Part shown: positions 9,979-20,822 of the stretch, in pieces
Layout: every line of letters begins with the position of its first letter
Numbering within the stretch: the stretch's first letter is position 1
Assembly: GCA_965262915.1 (NCBI GenBank)
Contig: OZ253564.1
Location: 3,616,001 to 3,680,000, forward strand
From: Candidatus Spongiisociaceae bacterium
Lineage (GTDB): Bacteria; Actinomycetota; Acidimicrobiia; Spongiisociales; Spongiisociaceae
Reading direction: 5' to 3'
Length of the DNA: 64,000 bases
Program-made: the position numbers and the translations under genes
The notes under the pieces: model-generated
The model's input: the letters and a program-made list of their open reading frames with translations, nothing else
Told to the model about the DNA's origin: nothing
Databases searched by the model: none

Positions 9979-11043
9979 TTATGAAACCGTTCCTTGGTAC
10001 TCCATCACACGTTCACCGTCCCGACGCTTAACCTGATACCAGCTGACCGGAGCATCAAGACGTTCACCATCGGCATCGAACCTGATAGTGCCTGTTACAC
10101 CGTCGTAGGGGAAGAGAGAGCGAAATGCGTTCAACACCGCTGAGCGCGTGGCCTCTCCTGCTTTGGCAAGGGCATCAACGATGAGACAGACACTGTCGTA
10201 GGCCTCGGGGCTGTAGGTGCTGTCCTCGGGCCACCGAGCGACATACGCGTCCCTGAGTCCTTTCGCCGACGGTAGACGTCGGAAGTCCGCTCCCGAGTGC
10301 GTGTGAAAGGCTTCTGCCCGCGGGTCACCACCTCCGAGGAAAAAGGAGGTCTTGAGGCCGTCGGTTCCTAAGAATGCCGCATCCACACCAGCCTGGCGAA
10401 TTGCCGACGAGACAAGCAGACCCTCCGTGGCGTGTACGGCGAAGAAGACTACATCGGGCGATGAGTCAGACACGACCTCGGCCAGACCGGAGAAGTCCGT
10501 TGCTCCGTCGCCATACCCTTCACGTGCGACGATCATCCCACCAAGTTCACTGAATGCTTCGCTGAACTTGTCAGCAACGGTGGTTCCGAAGGCATCGCCA
10601 TCATGCACGACCGCGGCTTTGTGTGCGACAAGCTCGCAACGCGCCAGCCTTGCGAGCGCGGAGCCCTGTACGATTTCGTTGGGCACCAGGCGGTAAAAGG
10701 TCCTGAAGCCTTGTTGACATAGATCGGGATGGGATGCACACGGGCTGACCTGGAGCAGGCCAGCGTCATCGAAAATCGGGGTGTTGGCGAAGGCTTCCGT
10801 TGAGCCCATCGGACCGACGACCGCGATGAAACGGTCGTCCGCAACGACGGTTTCAGCGAGTAGGGCCGCCTGGTCGGGATCGCCGTGATCGTCGAACATC
10901 ACCCAGTCGATGGGAGGGTGCAAATCTGTTCGCCTAGCGGCGTGTTCCATGGCTAAGAGAAAGCCACGGAACGATGGCAGTGTCAGTGCGGTCCCGTACG
11001 AACGTGAGCCGATCGAGAGTGCGATTCGCGCTCTGTCAACCAT
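9979..11043 (-). CDS. LivJ/LivK-type substrate-binding protein with no evident signal peptide
   Basis: DDHGDP, VVGPMGS, QVSPCASHP.L, FYRLVPNE..QG, YDGVTGTIRFDADG. Confidence 0.85.
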   Translation of the reverse strand: MVDRARIALSIGSRSYGTALTLPSFRGFLLAMEHAARRTDLHPPIDWVMFDDHGDPDQAALLAETVVADDRFIAVVGPMGSTEAFANTPIFDDAGLLQVSPCASHPDLCQQGFRTFYRLVPNEIVQGSALARLARCELVAHKAAVVHDGDAFGTTVADKFSEAFSELGGMIVAREGYGDGATDFSGLAEVVSDSSPDVVFFAVHATEGLLVSSAIRQAGVDAAFLGTDGLKTSFFLGGGDPRAEAFHTHSGADFRRLPSAKGLRDAYVARWPEDSTYSPEAYDSVCLIVDALAKAGEATRSAVLNAFRSLFPYDGVTGTIRFDADGERLDAPVSWYQVKRRDGERVMEYQGTVS

Positions 11044-11099
11044 TCCAGCCTCCTCGTGTGGTGCTAATCCTCGTGTGGCGCTTCTACCAACATTCACGA

Positions 11100-11300
11100 A
11101 CTCCCGGACCAGCAAGGGCAGAATCCCCTGGTGCTCACTAGTCCGTAAGCGGGTTTCAGCGCACCCGCGCCCCAGTATGACGCGGGGAGGCTAACGGAAC
11201 CGCCTGTATCAGTTCCCACGGCTCCGTAGCGGAAACCGGATATCCCACCGGCCGCCGAACCGAACCGACCGGGCGGGGTTGGCTGCAACCGCCAGCTGTG
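11100..11300 (-). pseudogene. Amidase-signature fragment
   Basis: GAVGTDTGGSVSLPASYWG...LKPAYGLVS..G..P matches the amidase GSDTGGSIR.PA..CG..G.KPT.G.VS core. The rest of the gene is absent. Confidence 0.75.
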
Positions 11301-11350
11301 AAACACCATCCCCGAGGACGGCCGGCCTGAGAACCGTGGGCACTTGAGAG

Positions 11351-13117
11351 TCAGCGACTCGATCGCACTGCTTCCGTCCCGATAGCGTCGACCACCCACC
11401 CTCGATCCGGCAACCGCTCAAGCACGACACCATAGTCTCTCTTCGCCGCTTCTTGAGACACCCAGCCCGCATGGACGTCGCGCAGGACCAGATCGGGCGA
11501 TCGGTCATAGGGATCTCCGTATCCACCGCCACCTGAGCCTATTCCGACCACCCGCTCCCCATCCCGTACCACCTGCGACGAGACAACGGCTGGGAGAGGC
11601 CGCCACTCATCGCCCTCCGAAACAACGAAGGCTCGGCACGAAGTGCCTTCGGGTGCCCCCCGTACTCCCTTAGGAGGCGTCTCATGACCGTCCGATGGGA
11701 AGGAGAGGCTCAGCGTTCCCCCGTTCGGGCCAATCGAAATGCGCGTTGCCGGACCGCCCCGGAATCTCCCTGGGCCGGCGGAGTCCTGCTCGACCCGATT
11801 CTCCCAGTAGATGACTGGATACTTCTGCTCGTCTATTTCGATGGAATCACGGTAGATCAGACCTGCGGCGACGGGCACGCCATAGGTGAGCCAACCATCA
11901 TTTCGACTCGTTGCCGGCCCGCCGTTGCCCAAGAATAGAATCTGATTCTGGAACACGTCGCCTTCACGACCCGGCCTCCGGTCAATACCCGCGATGACGC
12001 AGTGGTGAACGCCCAGGCCGAGCCCACCCTCCGCTAACCCGATCCCGTCTGTCAGTTCCGCAAATGCACTCTGAATCATGTTGACGAGCCGGTCCGCGAT
12101 ATTGGTAGTCGAGAGAGATGCGGAGTATGGATGCTTGACAATTCCAGCCACGCAGTTCTCCCGGAGTTTTAGGGAGATGCGATCCAGACTGCCAGAGTTG
12201 ACAGGAACGTCGCCACCCAACACGTTCATAAGACCTATCAGAACGCTGGCCATACAGGTCGCTTCCGTCTGATTGAGCCCAGCGGGTATGCAATCCGGAT
12301 TATCGCGCAGATCGACCTCGATTCTTCCCTCATCGCCATCCACCACAATCTCAGCTTTGAGATCGACACCTTCAGGAACGCTTGGAATAGGGTCGTGGGC
12401 ACCACGCACGGTGATCCGGCCACTGGGCAGGGTCCGAATTGCCGACACCATGCGGCGTTTGGAGTATTCGAACCAGGCGTCGAGGAATTCTAGAATCACC
12501 TCATCGCCGTACTCCTCGACTAGCTCGATCAGACGCCTTTCGCCGATACGGCAGGCGCCGATCTGAGCCTTAAAATCACCATACCATTGATCTGGTATAC
12601 GTATCCGTCGCTTGCACATCCGAATGATTTCATGGACATCGGTGAAGTCCCTCTGAACGCGCACGCAAGGGAAGTTCAACGCACCTTCACGGTAGATGTC
12701 CTGAGCCTCCGCGTCGTACGTGGTCGGGTGGTAATTGCCACAATCGGCTTGATGTGCCTTGGCGCACACCGTGAAGAGGTGCTTTCCTTCTACGAATACA
12801 GGCACCATTACGGTGTAGTCGGCATGATGTGTGCCGCCATCATAGGGATCATTATGGAGAAATGCATCCCCTGGAGCGAGGTCGTCATAGTAGAGATTCA
12901 GTCCCCTCGTTTCCAACAGACTGCCTATGACATGAGTTGGGAGAGCCTCAGGAGCAGCGATCAACTCTCCGGCAGCGGTCATGATCGAACATGTGAAGTC
13001 GCGCGCGACTGTAATCACAGCTGATCGCCCGGAACGCAAGAGGGTATCGGTAATCTCGCGTGCGATAGCATCAAATCTGTTTCCGAGAACGGCTAGCCTG
13101 ATCGCATCAATCGACAT
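11351..13117 (-). CDS. Hydantoinase B / 5-oxoprolinase subunit
   Basis: LHNDPYDGGTHHAD, AHQADCG, DSAGPGRFRGG, GGGGYGDP. Confidence 0.93.
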   Translation of the reverse strand: MSIDAIRLAVLGNRFDAIAREITDTLLRSGRSAVITVARDFTCSIMTAAGELIAAPEALPTHVIGSLLETRGLNLYYDDLAPGDAFLHNDPYDGGTHHADYTVMVPVFVEGKHLFTVCAKAHQADCGNYHPTTYDAEAQDIYREGALNFPCVRVQRDFTDVHEIIRMCKRRIRIPDQWYGDFKAQIGACRIGERRLIELVEEYGDEVILEFLDAWFEYSKRRMVSAIRTLPSGRITVRGAHDPIPSVPEGVDLKAEIVVDGDEGRIEVDLRDNPDCIPAGLNQTEATCMASVLIGLMNVLGGDVPVNSGSLDRISLKLRENCVAGIVKHPYSASLSTTNIADRLVNMIQSAFAELTDGIGLAEGGLGLGVHHCVIAGIDRRPGREGDVFQNQILFLGNGGPATSRNDGWLTYGVPVAAGLIYRDSIEIDEQKYPVIYWENRVEQDSAGPGRFRGGPATRISIGPNGGTLSLSFPSDGHETPPKGVRGAPEGTSCRAFVVSEGDEWRPLPAVVSSQVVRDGERVVGIGSGGGGYGDPYDRSPDLVLRDVHAGWVSQEAAKRDYGVVLERLPDRGWVVDAIGTEAVRSSR

Positions 13118-13128
13118 AGTATGCTTCG

Positions 13129-15228
13129 TTACTGCTCGGTCGCTTCATCCGCACTTATCGGGCGCGCAACGTAGTTTCCGTGTTCCGTCACATCAACACC
13201 ATAGTCCGGATATACTACGAGTGTAGTCGTCGGTTCCTGTATGATAGCAGGACCCACAATCCTGCAGCCTCTATCTAGAGTCCGGCCCTGAAACACCGGT
13301 ACAGCCTCGTATCGTTCTGAACCAAAATAGGCTAATCTATGATCCAACACGCTTACGTTACTCCCTTGAGTTTGCGGTCTGCGCTGTATCGCAGGCGGTT
13401 GGCCGAGTTTTGCGGTCCGCCGAGCCTTCCAGTTCACAAACTCCACCTCATCTGTTTGCTCGAATCCGAAGACTCTCTTGTGAAGTCGTGAGAACTCCTC
13501 GACGAGAGTCACAATATCTCGCTCCGAATCAAAGTGCTTTCTGGTCATCGGTATTTGTAGCTCCCACACTTGATGCCGGTAGCGAGCATCAACGACGAAC
13601 TCATTCTCAATGTCCGAGATCTCGAGTCGAGCCTCGAGTTCGGACGTGAATTCGGACAGTGTTCTCGTCAAACCAGACAGCGTGTCGTTGATGCCATCAG
13701 TGTCGAAGTCTTTAGAGGATGTGAAGTGACTCGTTGAGAACTCTGCTATCAGGTCAGTGAATTGACCACCACATGCAGTCAGGGCCCCGGCGGTACGAGG
13801 TACTAACACATACTGGCAACCAAGCTCGCGGGCGATCGACAAGATATTGAGCCCCGCCGCCCCCCCACCAGCGACCAGCAAACAGTCACGGGGATCTACG
13901 CCTTCCGCCACCGTGATCGATTGTATGGCCCTGATCATGTGTTGATTTGCGATGGTCAGAATTGCCCAGGCGGCCTTCTCTACTGACTCGTTCAACGAAG
14001 AACCCAGGTCCGACACGACCGCACGTGCGGCTTCCACATCCAAACCCATGCTCCCGCCGAGGAAGTATTCGGGGTCGAGATAGCCCAAGACAACAGCCGC
14101 ATCCGTCACGGTCGGCATGGTTCCGCCGTGCCCGTAGCATGCCGGGCCGGGTGAAGCACCCGCGCTATGGGGTCCGACCCTCAACAGGCCGCCATCGTCG
14201 ATCCAAGCTATCGAACCTCCCCCGGCGCCGATACTGTGCGTCTTTACAGATGAGACCCCGAACAAGTGTCCGGTAAACCGGTCTCCGATCCAATTCTCTC
14301 TCGTTGTCAGAATCGAGCCACCACGGATAAGACTTACGTCGAAACTGGTTCCTCCTGCGTCACAGACAATGATGTCGGCATGCGTCTGATCTGCTTCTGC
14401 TTGCGAATAGGCCCAACCAGCGACCGGCGCCAACGCCGGCCCAGCCCCCAGCGTATAGACCGGCCGCTCGATGAGGTCATTCATGTGACCGACCCCTCCA
14501 TAGGATGTCCCCAACAGCAGCTCACCGCCGAAACCCGATTTCCGTAGACCACTCTCGACGTTCACTAGATGAGCGACCATTTCTGGTTTGAGCGAGGCGT
14601 CGATCGCGGTCGTCGAAGCACGAGGATACTCGCGGACTACTGGGTTGACGCTGTGAGAGAGACTATAGGGTATGTCCCCCAATTCCTCTCGGATTATCTC
14701 CCCGATTATGAGCTCATGACTGGGATTAACTACAGACCACAGGAAGCAGACACCGATAGCCTCGGCCTTCAGCTGCCTTATAATCCTACGGGATCCACCT
14801 TCGTCTAGGGCCCTGACTACTCGCCCCGCCGCATCAATCCGCTCCGGGATCTCATATGTTAATGAACGAGGAATATATGGCTCGGGGAAATCCAGGTGCA
14901 GATTAAAGGTACCCAGCTTGCCTCCGCCGCGTAGTGTGAGAATATCGGCAAATCCTTCGGTCACGAGAAGAGCGGTTTTCGCTACCTTCTTCTGGATCAC
15001 CGCGTTCACAGGATGAGTAGTGGTGTAGTTAACAAGGTCGGAGGACTCAAGCAGTCTTTCGATCGTTATACCACGATCCGATGCTGCTCGGCTCAGTGCC
15101 GTACTGATTCCCTCGTATATATCCGCGTTGTTAGTCGGAGCCTTAGCTACTGTGAGAGATCCATCCCTATCAGCAACGACGACGTCGGTGAAGGTCCCGC
15201 CCGTGTCGACAGCAATTCGATACCTCAT
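13129..15228 (-). CDS. Hydantoinase A / 5-oxoprolinase subunit
   Basis: DTGGTFTD, DAGGTSFD, IGAGGGSIA, SAGASPGPACY, PTVTDA. Confidence 0.93.
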   Translation of the reverse strand: MRYRIAVDTGGTFTDVVVADRDGSLTVAKAPTNNADIYEGISTALSRAASDRGITIERLLESSDLVNYTTTHPVNAVIQKKVAKTALLVTEGFADILTLRGGGKLGTFNLHLDFPEPYIPRSLTYEIPERIDAAGRVVRALDEGGSRRIIRQLKAEAIGVCFLWSVVNPSHELIIGEIIREELGDIPYSLSHSVNPVVREYPRASTTAIDASLKPEMVAHLVNVESGLRKSGFGGELLLGTSYGGVGHMNDLIERPVYTLGAGPALAPVAGWAYSQAEADQTHADIIVCDAGGTSFDVSLIRGGSILTTRENWIGDRFTGHLFGVSSVKTHSIGAGGGSIAWIDDGGLLRVGPHSAGASPGPACYGHGGTMPTVTDAAVVLGYLDPEYFLGGSMGLDVEAARAVVSDLGSSLNESVEKAAWAILTIANQHMIRAIQSITVAEGVDPRDCLLVAGGGAAGLNILSIARELGCQYVLVPRTAGALTACGGQFTDLIAEFSTSHFTSSKDFDTDGINDTLSGLTRTLSEFTSELEARLEISDIENEFVVDARYRHQVWELQIPMTRKHFDSERDIVTLVEEFSRLHKRVFGFEQTDEVEFVNWKARRTAKLGQPPAIQRRPQTQGSNVSVLDHRLAYFGSERYEAVPVFQGRTLDRGCRIVGPAIIQEPTTTLVVYPDYGVDVTEHGNYVARPISADEATEQ

Positions 15229-15346
15229 CGAAGTTCTACGGGATCAAAGAATGGTTTAAGGGATCTTACCGAGTGGTTGCAGTGTTGTGCACTAGTCATC
15301 ATCTATTGTAATGCTAGCTAGGTAAGTGGCTGCAGGCAATCATAGG

Positions 15347-15900
15347 AGCTCTTCGCGAAAGGGTGGGGAGTAGCGGATCTGCCAGGGGGAGGCGGAATCC
15401 GCCAGAAATGATGGGGGGTCCTCCATAATCGGTTGCCGGTAAATGACATCCGAGTCAGGTGGACCCTGGTGGTGGCTGATCCGACGCCGTGCGTGCGACT
15501 GCGGGTAGGCTTGGGCGAGGTGGAGATGGGCGGCATCGACGATGCGCGAAGGGCCGCTGGAGGTGGTGGTTCCCTCTCGTAGAGCCCGCCCGGCCTCTGG
15601 GGTCTTTGGTGGTAGGGTGTAGTCTAAGGGCTATCGGTCGGGGTGTTGGTGGACTTGCCGCCGTTCGGTCGGCCGATGCGGTTGTGGTGGCAGAAGCAGC
15701 GCTGGACGTGCCCTGATGCCGAGTGTGGTGTGTGATCGTTCATCGAACACGACTCACCGCCGCCCACGTAGGCATCAGCGACCGGGGCCGAACATGCCTA
15801 CGTGGCCTCCTCGACGCCGGCGACCCCCACGGAGAAGTCCGCACCGCCTGAGTACGCCAAGCAACCCGTCGGGGCATCTACGGGATCGACAGCCCCGCTG
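15347..15900 (+). mobile_element. Degraded ISL3-family remnant (second ISL3 lineage) with internal deletion
   Basis: ISL3-like end GCTCTTCGCG. Fragments LVDLPPFGRPMRLWWQKQRWTCPDAECG*SF and LRGLLDAGDPHGEVRTA*. Confidence 0.7.
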
Positions 15901-15986
15901 CCGATGTCGACCTCGTTCTCGTCCGGGGCTGGACCCAATCTGCTGTATAGTTGTCAACGATTTACCTCCAAGGTCGGAGGGAGAAC

Positions 15987-17300
15987 ATGGCATCTCCAAG
16001 GGCGGCCTCTGAAGAGCTCATCGCGCTTGAAACCGGGCTCCTCGCGGCGTCTTTCAAGAATCCACAGTTCCCGCTTTCCATTGCCCGATCCGAAGGTAGG
16101 CGGATTTGGGATGAAGACGGAAATGAGTATCTCGACTTCACGGGTGCGGCAGCGGTAGCGCTCACCGGATACCACGAGCCACGACTCGACAGATCGCTAG
16201 CGGAGGCCATATCGACCCATTGGTTCCATGTGAGCCCGTTGGCAACGTCGAAGCCGGTGCTCGCCCTGGCCCAAGATCTGCTCCACCTTCTCTCTATGCC
16301 TTTTGAATCACGGGTGTGGTTCGGTGTGTCTGGAAGTGAGGCCATGGACTTTCTCTTCAAGGCTATCCCCTTGGCATCCGGGAGGCAGCGAGCAATAGCG
16401 TTTATCGGTGGCTTCGCTGGAACGACTACAGGCTCATCCATGATCTCCGGTTTTCCAACACATGCCAGAGCGATGAACAGCCCCTTCGTCACGAAGGCCC
16501 CGTTTCCTAATGGATATCGGTGTCCTATGGGCTCAAGCTCAGACTTAGAAAGCGCCAAACTGTGTCTTGACTTCCTGGACGACCACCTGCTGACGTCCGT
16601 ATCCCCTGCAGACGAGACTGGTGCAATCTTCGTGGAGGCTGTCCAGGCAGACAACGGAGCCGTCCGACCGCACGACTACTTCTTGCAGGGCCTAAGGAAG
16701 ATCTGCGATCGATACGGCATCTGGCTTGTCCTAGATGAAGTCAAGGTCGGCCTTGGCCGTACTGGACGTATGTTCGCCTATGAGCATGCGAACATAGAGC
16801 CGGATGCAGTGGTCCTCGGGAAGGCGTTAGGGGGAGGTCTGCCACTGTCCGCCGTCGTCGGACGCTCTGAAATACTCGATCTCAATATGATGATCAATTC
16901 GACGATGGGTGGGCATCCTGCGGCCTGCGCGACATCATCGACCTTGCTATCTATCATTGCCGAGGACTCCCTCGTGGATAGAGCAGCTACTGCCGGGCGC
17001 CGCCTGTTGGATGGCCTGAAAGAGCTCGAGGCCACACACTCTGTCGTTGGAGACTGCCGCGGTCTTGGTCTTGAGATTGGAATCGAACTCGTGGTCGATC
17101 ACAACGACAAGACTCCGGCGCCGGCTATAGCGCGAAGTGTTGTTAAAGCAGCGTTCGAGGCAGGACTGATCGTTACAACTGCTGGAGTTTTCGGGAACGT
17201 TCTGGAGCTCTCACCGCCTCTGAACGTGACCGGAGACGAGATCGAAGAGGCTGTCGGTATCCTCGATCAGAGTATCGCTGTTGCCACCACTACAACCTAA
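15987..17300 (+). CDS. Class III (GabT-like) PLP aminotransferase
   Basis: IWDEDGNEYLDF, SGSEA, LDEVKVGLGRTG, LGKALGGGLPLSA, PPL. RBS GGAG before ATG 15987 (ORF track starts at 15951). Confidence 0.92.
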   Translation: MASPRAASEELIALETGLLAASFKNPQFPLSIARSEGRRIWDEDGNEYLDFTGAAAVALTGYHEPRLDRSLAEAISTHWFHVSPLATSKPVLALAQDLLHLLSMPFESRVWFGVSGSEAMDFLFKAIPLASGRQRAIAFIGGFAGTTTGSSMISGFPTHARAMNSPFVTKAPFPNGYRCPMGSSSDLESAKLCLDFLDDHLLTSVSPADETGAIFVEAVQADNGAVRPHDYFLQGLRKICDRYGIWLVLDEVKVGLGRTGRMFAYEHANIEPDAVVLGKALGGGLPLSAVVGRSEILDLNMMINSTMGGHPAACATSSTLLSIIAEDSLVDRAATAGRRLLDGLKELEATHSVVGDCRGLGLEIGIELVVDHNDKTPAPAIARSVVKAAFEAGLIVTTAGVFGNVLELSPPLNVTGDEIEEAVGILDQSIAVATTTT

Positions 17301-17483
17301 GAATAGCGAAACGGGTTCAGCCGCTTGATCGCATCCTTTAGCGCGCTATCACAAGTAGATTCGCTACATCGGTCGAGCCCCGACCAACTGATGCCGTATA
17401 CCACCCTAGACTATTTCCAGATAGCATCAACTTAGCCTGACACATTCTCGATTCTTTGGCTACGGTACGCCATTACGTGTGAT

Positions 17484-18368
17484 CTACTGGAGAGCCGAGG
17501 AGGGGGCGGCGGTCGGTAGATTCCGTCGTAGTGAGCGAATTATTAGCACTACGTATATAGCAACTAGCATCGCGGCCGTCAAGAAGAACACGATTCCAAG
17601 AGCAAAGAGTGAGGGGGTGACCCTGATTCGAGCAGCAGATACCAAATCGAGTGGGAGTGTCCGGTCGCTTGCCATGATGAATATGGAGCGTGTGAATTCA
17701 TCCAAACTGAGCATGAAAGCGAAGAGCAGAGAGCCAGCGATGGCTGGTCGCATCACGGGAAACGTTACATGAAGCCATGTCTTCAGGCGGCTCGCTCCCA
17801 GCGTATAGGCTGACTCTTCCAGCCGACGGTCGAACCTTCTGAACATGACCACGAGGAAGATGAAACAAAACGGCAGGGTCCAAGTCACGTGGATCGGCAG
17901 ACCGGTGACAAACAGTCCTGGTGTGATACCTAGTTCACCCGCAAGCGACACCGTACCAACGCTCAACGCTAGCCCTGGTACCACTAGGGCGACAATCATA
18001 GTGTAAGCAATGATTGAATGGCCCCGGAATCGCGTTCGATAGGCCTGTGCAGCCATCAAAGCCAAGAATGTGGATACTAACGCCGTCGTTGTCGCGAGTA
18101 CCAGGGATCTCACAATCGACGGACGGAAGTCTGTAAGAGGCTGGCCCCGATATGCGGGATGCTCGGTAATCGCTCTCAGGTCGATCAGTGACTCATACCA
18201 AATCAACGTCGGCTCGGTGATTGGAAGGGTGACGCCACCAAGGGGACCCTGAAAGGACAAAACAATCGACAGCAGAATCGGTGCATAAACACCTGCGAAG
18301 ACGAGGACAGCCGGAACGCCGAGAAGGAGGCGGGCACGCTTGCTCAATCGAAGATCGCGACTACTCAC
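17484..18368 (-). CDS. Polyamine-type ABC permease (PotC-like)
   Basis: EAA loop LEESAYTLGAS, FMLSLDEF, TLP. Confidence 0.9.
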   Translation of the reverse strand: MSSRDLRLSKRARLLLGVPAVLVFAGVYAPILLSIVLSFQGPLGGVTLPITEPTLIWYESLIDLRAITEHPAYRGQPLTDFRPSIVRSLVLATTTALVSTFLALMAAQAYRTRFRGHSIIAYTMIVALVVPGLALSVGTVSLAGELGITPGLFVTGLPIHVTWTLPFCFIFLVVMFRRFDRRLEESAYTLGASRLKTWLHVTFPVMRPAIAGSLLFAFMLSLDEFTRSIFIMASDRTLPLDLVSAARIRVTPSLFALGIVFFLTAAMLVAIYVVLIIRSLRRNLPTAAPSSALQ

Positions 18369-18386
18369 GTGGTCGGCCGTTTAGCT

Positions 18387-19388
18387 TCACCGTATATCAT
18401 CGCTGAGCTTCCCGAACTTCACGAACAAACCGACGATTGCAAAGGTGACTGCAATCAGGACGACGGCATATGCACTGGCCTGCGGCCAGAGTAGTAGCTC
18501 CGCTCTCCTCCAGACCGTCCCTGCGAGCATCGGAGACAGCCCTCCCCCGATGACGCGCTCGACCGCGAAGTCGGTTAGGACAATGACTGATACGAATAGC
18601 CATCCAGCGAAGATGGCTTGCCTGGCTAGCGGAAGCTCTATCGTCCGGAATATCTGAGTAGGCGTTGCCGACAAGTTCTGTGCGGCGGAGATCAGATCTC
18701 TATCAATCTGCAACAACTTGAAGCAGACTGGTCCAATGAAAAAGGCTATTGACAGAAATACGAGGGCTATGATGATGGCTGTTGGGGAGAACAGCAGCTG
18801 ATCACTGGGCTCGCCGAATATCCCTAAGCTGACGGCAAGTCGATTGATGAGACCTGCCCGGCCGAACATCGGAAGCCAAGTTATCAAGCGAATGACGTAG
18901 CTAACTACGAACGGAACGAATAACCCGAACAGCAAGGCAGCTCTTAGAGCGTTGTTGGTAATAGCAGCCGCCAAGAAGTAGGCCACCGGAACACCTAGTA
19001 GTGTCACAATGGCTAAAACAACGAGTAGTATGAACAGTGTCCAGAGCACGAGGCCCCAAAACGCCCCGGATCCGAGTATCGACTGGTAGTTGCTGATGGT
19101 CAGTTCCGGGATCATCGCAAATGATGTCCCCGTCCAGAAGCTGAAGAGTACGACCGCCGACAGGGGTCCACCCAGACCTACGGCGAGCCAAAGTAGCGCC
19201 GGCAGTGCCATCCACCTCTGCTCAGTTTCAAGCCCGACCTCCAGGGGAGGTCCCCCCTCCCCTGGAGGCGTCTTTGGATGTTCCCTTGCAGATGGGTCTG
19301 GTCGACTACCGAATGCCTTGGAATCCGCCGTTGAACCCGTCACTTCGTCCCCTGTCGCGTTGCACCCGGAAGGTCGCTGGCGGGCCAC
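18387..19388 (-). CDS. Polyamine-type ABC permease (PotB-like)
   Basis: PFVVSYVIR..W, G.IN, IDRDLISAAQNLSA. Confidence 0.9.
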   Translation of the reverse strand: MARQRPSGCNATGDEVTGSTADSKAFGSRPDPSAREHPKTPPGEGGPPLEVGLETEQRWMALPALLWLAVGLGGPLSAVVLFSFWTGTSFAMIPELTISNYQSILGSGAFWGLVLWTLFILLVVLAIVTLLGVPVAYFLAAAITNNALRAALLFGLFVPFVVSYVIRLITWLPMFGRAGLINRLAVSLGIFGEPSDQLLFSPTAIIIALVFLSIAFFIGPVCFKLLQIDRDLISAAQNLSATPTQIFRTIELPLARQAIFAGWLFVSVIVLTDFAVERVIGGGLSPMLAGTVWRRAELLLWPQASAYAVVLIAVTFAIVGLFVKFGKLSDDIR

Positions 19389-19450
19389 TTGTGTAACAGT
19401 GACCTCGGTACGTGACTTCTCATGACGTGAAGGGGGCGCTCCAGGGCCGG

Positions 19451-20782
19451 TTAGGCTGAGACAAACTCCTCCCAGCGATTGGCCAGGTACTCGGACTCAT
19501 CGGGGAACTGCCACCACCAGCCTCCATTGGAGGCGATATCGGCGGCCGATCCTCTATCTCGACCCCCACCGGCATACCAATACTCCCACGCATCGACGCC
19601 TTCGACCGGCGACTCAGTCTCCCTCAAGAGATCCTCAGCAGTGTCCGGGATCGGGGTCATATACCCCGAGTTGACCACCTTCGATGCAGGAAATCCGCTG
19701 TGCCAGAAGTTGATGAACGCGATAGCAGCTTCGCGGTTCGGTGTATCGGAAGAGACTGAGATTCCGTGGAACCACATGTTGTAGCCCTCCCGCACCGGCG
19801 CGTATAGCGCTGGGAGCCCTCGTGACCTAACCTCGGTTACGATAGTTTCCCAAGCATTCAAGAGGGAGATCTCTCCGTTGGCTAGAAGCTCAACAGCTTG
19901 TCCGTAGTCGTCCCAGAGAACTCTGAATTGGCCCTCTCGTTTACGCTCGATTAAGAAATCAATCGCATAGTCGATATCGGCTTGACTCGGGTTGCCGATG
20001 GTGCCTTCCAGCTGGTACGAGCCATCGTAGGATACGGTAGCAAGGACTTCCATTGGAGCTCGCAATGACGAGTTGAAGATGCCCACCTGGCCCCGGTACT
20101 TCGGATCCCACAATGCACCATAGGAATTGAGGTTCTCGTCAATCAGATCCGTCCGGTAGCCAATCGTATCACCATTCCACACGGTGGGCACAACCCAGAA
20201 CTCATCATCGCGCCCCGAATCCATAGCTTCCTGTGTATAGATCTGCGAATACGGATTCATCTCGGCATCTTGCCCGGCAGCTCCCGGCTCCCTAAACACA
20301 GGCAATGCTTTGTCCCAATGCTCGAGTTCTGATCCTAGAACCACCTGTAGGGTGCCAGCCTCGATCAGGGGAGCCATCTGCGCTCCCTGCGGTGCGATCG
20401 TATCCCAACGTGTATATCCGCCTTGCACCCATTCCGGGACGAGGCCTTCGAAGGTTATGACCGTACTCTCGGTAGGTATACCCGACACCCGTTGGAATTC
20501 TTGGGCATTTATCTCAGGGTTGAAAGCGCTGTGCTCAGCATGGTGCAGTGTTAGGGTTTGAAGCGTTGTGGTGGGCGCCAGTGTTGTGGCAGCAACTGTA
20601 CCGCTTGTTCCCTCGTTATCCTGTTCGTCGGTGCCACAGCCGACGATGGTGAGGCTGGCTAAGCCAACAGCACCCAGGCCTGCACTCCGTAGGAACTCCC
20701 GTCGACTAAGGTGACGGGGTATATGTGTCTGGTTTTGGCCCTTCATTCGTCTCGGCCTCCTCCGTGTTGGGTCCCGATACAT
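19451..20782 (-). CDS. PotD/PotF-like substrate-binding lipoprotein with Tat signal (start may be 20746)
   Basis: SRREFLR twin-arginine motif followed by lipobox IVGC. LWDPKYRG, EGY..W. Confidence 0.85.
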   Translation of the reverse strand: MYRDPTRRRPRRMKGQNQTHIPRHLSRREFLRSAGLGAVGLASLTIVGCGTDEQDNEGTSGTVAATTLAPTTTLQTLTLHHAEHSAFNPEINAQEFQRVSGIPTESTVITFEGLVPEWVQGGYTRWDTIAPQGAQMAPLIEAGTLQVVLGSELEHWDKALPVFREPGAAGQDAEMNPYSQIYTQEAMDSGRDDEFWVVPTVWNGDTIGYRTDLIDENLNSYGALWDPKYRGQVGIFNSSLRAPMEVLATVSYDGSYQLEGTIGNPSQADIDYAIDFLIERKREGQFRVLWDDYGQAVELLANGEISLLNAWETIVTEVRSRGLPALYAPVREGYNMWFHGISVSSDTPNREAAIAFINFWHSGFPASKVVNSGYMTPIPDTAEDLLRETESPVEGVDAWEYWYAGGGRDRGSAADIASNGGWWWQFPDESEYLANRWEEFVSA

Positions 20783-20822
20783 CGACTACATATCGGAGCA
20801 CGTGTATGTGAGTAGCTGTTGG

